Shown: one piece after another, positions 29,290 to 35,414 of the stretch
How the letters are laid out: every line of letters starts with the position of its first letter
Position numbering within the stretch: position 1 is the stretch's first letter
From: Elainellaceae cyanobacterium
GTDB taxonomy: Bacteria > Cyanobacteriota > Cyanobacteriia > CAZCXK01
Direction: 5' to 3'
Assembly (NCBI GenBank): GCA_051117555.1
Contig: JBNPEG010000071.1
Span: 1-35,414 of the forward strand
Length of the DNA: 35,414 nucleotides
Notes under the pieces: model-generated
The model's input: the letters and a program-made list of their open reading frames with translations, nothing else
Told to the model about the DNA's origin: nothing
Databases searched by the model: none
Position numbers and translations under genes: made by a program

Positions 29290-29363
29290 TAAATCCCTCT
29301 AAATCTTTTAATCCTTAGAATAATCTTGACTTTTTCTTAGAAAATAAACTAAATTTGATTTAG
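29290..29363 (+). promoter_or_regulatory. Putative sigma70 promoter of lrp-lysE overlapped by phased (T)AAATC/TAATC repeats
   Basis: TTGACT (29326)-N18-TAAATT (29350); repeats at 29290, 29300, 29309 and 29321, plus an inverted GATTTAG at 29357. Confidence 0.4.
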
Positions 29364-29383
29364 AACCTAATAAAAATAGGTCT

Positions 29384-29857
29384 ATGGACTTAAACGAGAC
29401 AGACTTTAAAGCATTGCAGCATTTGATGACGCAGGGTCGCATTACCTGGTCTGAACTCGCAGGAATTTTAGAGCTTTCTGCTCCTGCTACTGCCGATCGG
29501 GTTCGTCGCCTAGAAGAACGGCAGGTCATTCAAGGCTATGCGGCTCTCATTAATCCAGAGGCAGTGGGCTGCACCTTAACGGCATTTATGTCTGTCACGC
29601 TTGAGCGTCCAAAGCATCGCGCTGCGTTTCTTAAGAAAGTCCAGTCCCTTGCAGAAATTCAGGAATGCCATCACATTACGGGCGACGATGATTATCTGCT
29701 CAAGTTGCGGTGTCGAGACACCGAAGAACTAGAGCGCATCATCACCGACGAGCTGAAGGGGCTGCCTGGCATCATCAAGACACGCACCACGATTGTTTTA
29801 TCAACCAATAAAGAAACCCCGAGTCTGCCTCTCAAATGGGGGGACGAGACGTCCTAA
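29384..29857 (+). CDS. Lrp/AsnC family transcriptional regulator
   Basis: 157 aa; GRITWSELA..L.LSAPA...RVRRLEE..VI.GY HTH; ECHHITGDDDYLLK and TRTTIVLS RAM domain. Confidence 0.95.
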   Translation: MDLNETDFKALQHLMTQGRITWSELAGILELSAPATADRVRRLEERQVIQGYAALINPEAVGCTLTAFMSVTLERPKHRAAFLKKVQSLAEIQECHHITGDDDYLLKLRCRDTEELERIITDELKGLPGIIKTRTTIVLSTNKETPSLPLKWGDETS

Positions 29858-29869
29858 ATCCGGAGTAAT

Positions 29870-30484
29870 ATGGACATTGAATTTTTTTTGCGGGGGCTAG
29901 TGATTGGGTTTCTAATCGCTGCCCCGGTGGGTCCTATTGGGGTGCTCTGTATTCGTCGCACTCTCACCTATGGACTCGCATCAGGGTTTGTATCGGGGAT
30001 GGGAGCAGCAACCGCAGATGCGGTTTATGGGTGCATCGCTGGATTTGGTCTGACGTTTATTTCTAGCGTTTTGGTAGAACAATCCGTTTCGATTCGCCTG
30101 GTTGGAGGGGCGTTTCTTTGTTATCTCGGCATCAAGACCTGCTTGGCAAAACCTGCCGAGGAAGTCAACTCGACCACCACCACTGGATTAGCGACTGCTT
30201 ATGCATCGACCGTGTTCTTAACCCTGACGAACCCCGCCACCATTTTGTCGTTTGCTGCCGTCTTCGCCGGGCTCGGGCTCGCGTCTCAAAGCGGGAATTA
30301 TCTAACGGCAAGTCTGTTGGTGTTGGGGGTATTTCTCGGATCAGCAGTATGGTGGCTGGTTTTAAGCGGAGGTGTTAGCCTGTTGCGACATTCGTTTAGT
30401 TCTAAGGGGTTGCGCTGGTTAAATAGAATTTCAGGTTTAATATTGCTGACGTTTGGCATCATTGCTCTGCATCTGTGGGAATAA
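29870..30484 (+). CDS. LysE family amino-acid exporter
   Basis: 204 aa; IAAPVGPIGVLCIRRTL, GMGAATADA and LTLTNPATILSF; hydrophobic. Confidence 0.93.
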   Translation: MDIEFFLRGLVIGFLIAAPVGPIGVLCIRRTLTYGLASGFVSGMGAATADAVYGCIAGFGLTFISSVLVEQSVSIRLVGGAFLCYLGIKTCLAKPAEEVNSTTTTGLATAYASTVFLTLTNPATILSFAAVFAGLGLASQSGNYLTASLLVLGVFLGSAVWWLVLSGGVSLLRHSFSSKGLRWLNRISGLILLTFGIIALHLWE

Positions 30485-30531
30485 TTTAAGTCGTCTAGAC
30501 CACTTTGAGATAAACGGTTCAACAGTTGGGA

Positions 30532-31749
30532 ATGAACACGCGAATGAACACGCGATCGCCCCTTCCTTTAATCTTGAAACTCGCGCTCGGAGTCGCGATC
30601 GCTTGCGTGTGCCTGATTGGGGGTGTGGTGTTTCCGATGCAGCTAGGTTCTCCAGCTATGTCCCTTCTCAGCCCATCTGCCCACGCGACCGCAGTCGATT
30701 CGCTGCAACAGCAGCAGCAGCAAATTGAGCAAGAACGCAATCGACTCCGACAAGAGCGCGATCGCCTTGAAAATATGGAGGAGTCTGCTCAAGACCGTCT
30801 TGAAAACTTGGAAGACAACATCCAGGTCACGTCTGAGCAGATCAAATCAAACGAACAACAGTTGCAAACGGCAACCCAACAGTTGAAAAAGCTGCAAGAC
30901 GAGCTGGCGATCGCTGAAGAAAACTTTCAAACCCGCCAGTTTTCGACCATCGCTCGACTGCGGTTTTTGCAGCGGCAGCAGGGCAGTCAAGGCTGGGCGG
31001 TGTTGCTCCAGAGTCAAGATTTGAATGAATTTCTCGATCGCCGCCGCCAGTTAAGACTGGTGTACGAATCCGATCGCCAAATTCTTGCCAAGCTCCAACA
31101 AGACGCCCAGGATATCAATCGTCGCAAACGTAATGTCGAAGCCCAGAAGAATGACATTGCCTTGCTGACGCAGCAGCTTCAACTGCAAAAGTCGGAATTT
31201 GAAGCCCAGGCTAAAACCCAAGGACAGCTTGTCTCACGGCTTAAACAAGATCGTCAAGCCCTGGAAGAAGCGGAAGAAAGACTCGCCCGCGATTCTGCCA
31301 ATATTGCCGTGTTGATTCGAGAACGGCTGATTGTGTCGGGGAATGATGGCGTGATTGTGCGAGGCGCAGGCCCCATGATCTATCCCGCCAATGGTCGCCT
31401 CACCAGCGGATTTGGGTATCGGGTTCATCCCATCTTGGGCTATCGGCGGTTTCATGCAGGCATTGATTTTGGTGCCACCCACGGCAGCACGATCCGAGCC
31501 GCAGAGTCTGGGCGGGTAATTTTTGCAGGATGGTACGGGGGCTATGGTCGATCGGTGGTAATCGATCACGGTGGCAATCTCACGACGCTGTATGCTCACA
31601 CCAGTCAGGTGTATGTTGCCGAAGGGCAAATGGTGCAGCAAGGAGAGGCGATCGCCGCGATTGGCTCCACTGGTCTGTCAACAGGGCCTCATTTGCATTT
31701 TGAAGTACGCGTCAATGGGGAGCCTGTTAATCCGATGAATTATCTGTGA
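30532..31749 (+). CDS. EnvC-like coiled-coil plus M23 peptidase
   Basis: Signal/TM segment, long coiled coil, C-terminal HAGID and GPHLHFE Zn motifs intact; start uncertain (30526, 30532 or 30544). Confidence 0.9.
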   Translation: MNTRMNTRSPLPLILKLALGVAIACVCLIGGVVFPMQLGSPAMSLLSPSAHATAVDSLQQQQQQIEQERNRLRQERDRLENMEESAQDRLENLEDNIQVTSEQIKSNEQQLQTATQQLKKLQDELAIAEENFQTRQFSTIARLRFLQRQQGSQGWAVLLQSQDLNEFLDRRRQLRLVYESDRQILAKLQQDAQDINRRKRNVEAQKNDIALLTQQLQLQKSEFEAQAKTQGQLVSRLKQDRQALEEAEERLARDSANIAVLIRERLIVSGNDGVIVRGAGPMIYPANGRLTSGFGYRVHPILGYRRFHAGIDFGATHGSTIRAAESGRVIFAGWYGGYGRSVVIDHGGNLTTLYAHTSQVYVAEGQMVQQGEAIAAIGSTGLSTGPHLHFEVRVNGEPVNPMNYL

Positions 31750-31785
31750 TGGTAAAATCGGGCTGAGTCCTCAATAAGACGGGTT

Positions 31786-32925
31786 ATGCGACAGTCGCTT
31801 TCATCATCGCTGCGGGTAGTCGAGCACGAAAATCAATATCCAGACTGTATCTGGCTGGGTCTGGATGTCGATTCAGCCTCGTCACTTGAATCAGATCAAA
31901 TCGAGCTTTTCCTGACGATGCGATGGGGGGAGCAACGCCAGTCTATCGAAGATGGGTCTGTGCAGTTTGGGCTAACAGGGAGTGAGCTGCAGATTCACCT
32001 AGTCAATGCGGCCTGGGTTGAGACGTCAACTCATCTCGCATCGGACACGGCTGTGATTGAACGTATCTCTCACCATCACGACGCTAATCACGCGACGTGG
32101 AGGTTTCAGACCCCGCCTACCTCGATATTGCGTGGCGAGCTGACGCGCATTACGTTAGCGACGATTCGTCCCACTGCATCCTCATGTCGCCTTGAGGCAA
32201 TGCTGGCGATCGCTCCCGTTGATATTCGCTTGACTGAGGCCGAAGGGCTATGGCGACACGATATTACGCCTAATCAGCATGCGGTTTTAGAAAGAGTATT
32301 CGCTCGCCAACTGCATCAAACAACTGTTCATCCATTTCCAAGCTGGATGCAACTGTGCTACGAATGCCCCAGTCCGTGCCCGAAGATTGCCGATCGGGTT
32401 TCTCAGGTGATGAACGGAGCCTCTGCGGAGACGTTAGAATCTCTCGTTCGTCCTCTCGTTCACCATGTCATGGATGCGCAAACCCAAGACTTGCTTGAAC
32501 TGGCCTCACGAGTTGGATTAACGCCCTCTCAAGACTTTGCTGGAGGAAATCTGCTCGGTGTTACTCTGATTGGCGCTGAACTGAGCGAAGCAAATCTCGA
32601 ACGGGTGAACCTGCGAGGTGCTGACCTGAGCGACGCTGAACTGAGCGAAGCAAATCTAAACGATGCCGTCTTGTCAGGTGCAGATTTGAGTGGCGCAGAT
32701 TTGGGAAGCGCTACCTTGCAAGCGGCCAATCTGCATCGAGCCAGCTTAGCGTTGGCAAATTTAGGAGGTGCGCACCTGCAAGCTGCCAATCTTCTAGAGG
32801 CAAACCTTACGAATACTAACTTGAATGGCGTCAAGGTTGAACAGGCTCGCTTTGGGCGCAATCCAGGCATGACAGACGCGCTAAAAGCGAGCCTGCAACA
32901 GCGAGGCGCTATATTCGAAGACTAG
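31786..32925 (+). CDS. Pentapeptide-repeat protein with uncharacterised N-terminal domain
   Basis: 379 aa; about 20 A(D/N)LxxA-type pentapeptides at the C-terminus, ending LQQRGAIFED. Confidence 0.88.
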   Translation: MRQSLSSSLRVVEHENQYPDCIWLGLDVDSASSLESDQIELFLTMRWGEQRQSIEDGSVQFGLTGSELQIHLVNAAWVETSTHLASDTAVIERISHHHDANHATWRFQTPPTSILRGELTRITLATIRPTASSCRLEAMLAIAPVDIRLTEAEGLWRHDITPNQHAVLERVFARQLHQTTVHPFPSWMQLCYECPSPCPKIADRVSQVMNGASAETLESLVRPLVHHVMDAQTQDLLELASRVGLTPSQDFAGGNLLGVTLIGAELSEANLERVNLRGADLSDAELSEANLNDAVLSGADLSGADLGSATLQAANLHRASLALANLGGAHLQAANLLEANLTNTNLNGVKVEQARFGRNPGMTDALKASLQQRGAIFED

Positions 32926-32962
32926 CTATCCTCGTCTCTGTCAGGGTCTCTATCTGTAATCA

Positions 32963-34402
32963 TCATCTGTCATCGTCTTTCCTGGCGCTAGTTCGCTGTC
33001 GCTTTGATTGCGAATCGACAGTCACATACTGATTAAAACGATTGACTCGCAGCTCGACGAGCGTGGTCGTGTTTTCGTAGAAAAAGTCAGGCAGATTAGG
33101 AGTTTTCTGACTTGAATCAAATACAATCACGTTGGTGAGATTGCGCGTATCGTATCGAATGCCGTCTTCAATTTGGGGAATATAGATTTCTACGCTAATT
33201 TTGATGTCGGCGTTTAAGCGCTCTTTTGCCATCTTAAGAAATGGCTTGAGTTCGCTAATGTTTACCAGAAATCGTCGGTAGCTAGCATTGCGGCTATAGG
33301 TATGAAACTCTGATGCAATCAGGTCGTGGATATCTTGGCTTAGGTCTTGTTCGTCTTTAGGCCAGAGCCGTTTCGGTAAAAAGCGATTGGTATCAGACCG
33401 GCTGATGGCGAATTCGAGCGTATAATCGACCACATCAGCATTTTGGTCATCGATCGCATGAAGAATAAACTGCTGGTATTTTGATTGGTCTGGACTGTCG
33501 TCGTAGGTCAGCTCCGTTTCAACCGTTAATGTGTTTTGGAGTTCTCGAAAGTCTTGCTCGGTTTGGGTCTTGAGGGCTCTCAATACCGTCTGACTGGCAA
33601 TATGCCCTGGCTCAAATGTGGCATCAATAATGCTGCCGTGGTTTAAGCCCTTCAAAACTCCGAAGGCAAATTCATCGGGAGGATGCGACTCTTTCCAATC
33701 AAAAATGATGGGATCGCCGTAGTCTTTCTGCGAGAAATCTAGCGCTATTTTGATCGAATTAATAGGAGTTCCAGCGATAACAACGGCTCCATCAGTGCCG
33801 GGTTTATTCACCCATCCCATAATGCCTGAGTAATCGTCTATGCCGACCAAGATTGTTAGTTGGATTTGATTTGTATTGAAGTAGGGAGAGTCGACAAGCA
33901 AGTCTCGATGGGCAAGCTCCCATTGATACAGGCTAGCCAGTTCTAACCCGTCTAAAAGCCGTTTGCCGATTTCTAGAAAATCTCCGACTTTCCAGCGCCC
34001 TTTAACCAGTCGCCCAAGAAATGATTTGCCTCGATGGGCGAGCGGTGATCCAAAATTTGCAGGAGCCAACATAATGAGACGCTTTAACGGGCAGTCTGAA
34101 GGGCGATCGCGATAGTATCGCCAAATCCAATGGCGTACGACCAGCCCTCCCGTCGAGTGCACCACCATATTCAGATTGCAGAGCTTCTTGCCAGTTTCAT
34201 CAATGAGCTGGCGCTGCTTTAACTGCTCATAAAACCCATCGACGATGTCATTGAATGTCAAGCTATCTTCTCTCGACTCGTAATCGACATAGAGAATCGT
34301 CTCCACATTGCCAACGCCCTGAGTTTGAAGAAATGTTTTCAACAGCTCAAATGAATTGGAACAGTCGCTCCAACCGTGAATGATCAGGGTATAGTCCTGC
34401 AT
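32963..34402 (-). CDS. Alpha/beta-hydrolase (lipase-like) with C-terminal extension
   Basis: 479 aa; IIHGWSD oxyanion motif, VVHSTGGLVVR nucleophile elbow, MLAPANFGSPLA, GTDGAV (Asp) and LNHGSI (His). Confidence 0.82.
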   Translation of the reverse strand: MQDYTLIIHGWSDCSNSFELLKTFLQTQGVGNVETILYVDYESREDSLTFNDIVDGFYEQLKQRQLIDETGKKLCNLNMVVHSTGGLVVRHWIWRYYRDRPSDCPLKRLIMLAPANFGSPLAHRGKSFLGRLVKGRWKVGDFLEIGKRLLDGLELASLYQWELAHRDLLVDSPYFNTNQIQLTILVGIDDYSGIMGWVNKPGTDGAVVIAGTPINSIKIALDFSQKDYGDPIIFDWKESHPPDEFAFGVLKGLNHGSIIDATFEPGHIASQTVLRALKTQTEQDFRELQNTLTVETELTYDDSPDQSKYQQFILHAIDDQNADVVDYTLEFAISRSDTNRFLPKRLWPKDEQDLSQDIHDLIASEFHTYSRNASYRRFLVNISELKPFLKMAKERLNADIKISVEIYIPQIEDGIRYDTRNLTNVIVFDSSQKTPNLPDFFYENTTTLVELRVNRFNQYVTVDSQSKRQRTSARKDDDR

Positions 34403-34618
34403 AGTTGCGATCCACCCGTTTAGACTCTATAGACGACGCACAAACGAGACGTATAACGATTTGCCTCAGAAATGCCTTCAGCCTACTGGGTTCAGATTAC
34501 GCACACATCACCTACTTGGACAAAGTTAACGTCGGGTGTGCAAGATAGGCTATTTTGGTTTAATCTTAGAGATCGGAGCGAGACTTTATCCCTCTGGTTT
34601 AGCTCCCTAAACACATGC

Positions 34619-34700
34619 GCGGATGTGGCGGAATTGGTATACGCGCACGTTTGAGGGGCGTGTGGCTTTTGCCTTGCGAGTTCGAGTCTCGCCATCCGCA
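34619..34700 (+). tRNA. trnL-GAG: tRNA-Leu (anticodon GAG)
   Basis: Acceptor GCGGATG/CATCCGC plus discriminator A; D-arm GCG..CGC; anticodon stem CACGT/GCGTG with loop TTGAGGG; long variable arm; T-arm GCGAG-TTCGAGT-CTCGC; CCA not encoded. Confidence 0.97.
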
Positions 34701-34814
34701 TGAGATTTAGACAGCCAACTTTACAGTAACTTTACTGTAAGTCACCACCGCTTTCTCGTAAGCAACGTCTGCTTCATGATAGGTGACGACAATATGTGTG
34801 GCGGTAACGATCCA

Positions 34815-34856
34815 CTCGTGCTGTCGTGACGTTCGCTCGTGCCGTCGTGACGTTCG
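34815..34856. repeat. 21-bp tandem duplication
   Basis: CTCGTGCTGTCGTGACGTTCG then CTCGTGCCGTCGTGACGTTCG (one mismatch). Confidence 0.85.
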
Positions 34857-35027
34857 CCAATGTGGTAGTTAGCACAACGAATGCTGGAGTCATGACCGCT
34901 TCTACAGACGTAACAACATCATCTGCATCGAGGAATCCCGTTGTTGATTAGATTGCTTAGGCAGTCTGCCAACTCAAAATACATGAGATTTACAGCCTTC
35001 ACCCAAACCGTCTTTATCGATTTTGTT

Positions 35028-35369
35028 CTATAAGGGCAATCTGCCAGTAGCAAGCATTTTGTATCCGATCGCCATTGCGCCAAACGAAACAAAAAACTGC
35101 CATAAACTGGTCGGAGACAAAATGGCTCGGCTACTGGCAAAAACAAAAATGATTCCCGCCACAACAAAAAACCAGCCGTAACTTTTAGCGCCAATTGGCA
35201 AGATAATCAACCATAAAACTCCCACGATAAGGAAAAGGATTGACAAATCAGCGGCAATTCCTCTCCAGAAATATGGGCTAACGTTTGTCGTAAAGAAAAT
35301 GTTTCGTCCTAAAAAATAGACTCCAAGAAGAATTAATGCGAAACCAATGAGTTGAACAAGAAATCTCAT
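35028..35369 (-). CDS. Hypothetical 4-TM membrane protein
   Basis: 113 aa with four hydrophobic segments; GRNIFFTT...YFWRGIAAD. Confidence 0.75.
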   Translation of the reverse strand: MRFLVQLIGFALILLGVYFLGRNIFFTTNVSPYFWRGIAADLSILFLIVGVLWLIILPIGAKSYGWFFVVAGIIFVFASSRAILSPTSLWQFFVSFGAMAIGYKMLATGRLPL

Positions 35370-35414
35370 GACTTAATTTCCAGGATGGTTTTCTAACTGT
35401 AACCCAGCGATCGC

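Larger units (their letters stand above)
1440..35414. repeat. HIP1 octamer GCGATCGC dispersed through the window
   Basis: About 50 copies counted by eye (e.g. 1440, 5198, 12666, 21368, 29163, 29172, 35407), far above the under-one copy expected for a random 8-mer. Confidence 0.95.

Noticed and set aside
111..31641. Many short ORFs overlapping or antisense to well-supported genes (e.g. 8158-8631, 28442-28858, 31234-31641)
   Set aside because: Shadow ORFs with no motifs or translation signals.
32575..32657. 23-bp direct repeat 60 nt apart, and the antisense 113-aa ORF 32529-32870
   Set aside because: Explained by pentapeptide-repeat coding periodicity.
34815..34856. Possible CRISPR-like repeat
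   Set aside because: Only two adjacent units with no spacer, and no cas genes.
34619..35414. Genomic island integrated at tRNA-Leu
   Set aside because: No integrase and no duplicated tRNA 3' end visible in the window; only about 700 bp of 3' flank is available.

Overview
Cyanobacterial chromosomal window, judged from roughly 50 copies (counted by eye) of the HIP1 octamer GCGATCGC and from cyanobacteria-type genes (nblB-like, GUN4 domain, pentapeptide protein). It is mostly core or housekeeping genes: aroC, speA, a UDP-glucuronate decarboxylase/ugd pair, prfC, a peptide ABC SBP plus permease, Lrp plus LysE, and tRNA-Leu(GAG). I see no integrase, transposase or CRISPR array. The most notable points are: (i) an M23 endopeptidase-bactofilin operon divergent from an S66 LD-carboxypeptidase, a candidate cell-shape module; (ii) three large predicted pseudo-proteases, namely two caspase-fold proteins with broken His/Cys dyads and one M48-fold membrane protein lacking Zn ligands; (iii) a 90-bp MITE/REP-like dispersed element in two inverted copies plus a collapsed remnant, with a compensatory base-pair change; (iv) a perfect HLR1 (RpaB) box at nblB and two NtcA-consensus palindromes; (v) small orphan ORFs with strong Shine-Dalgarno sites. 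All calls come from reading motifs; no database search was run.
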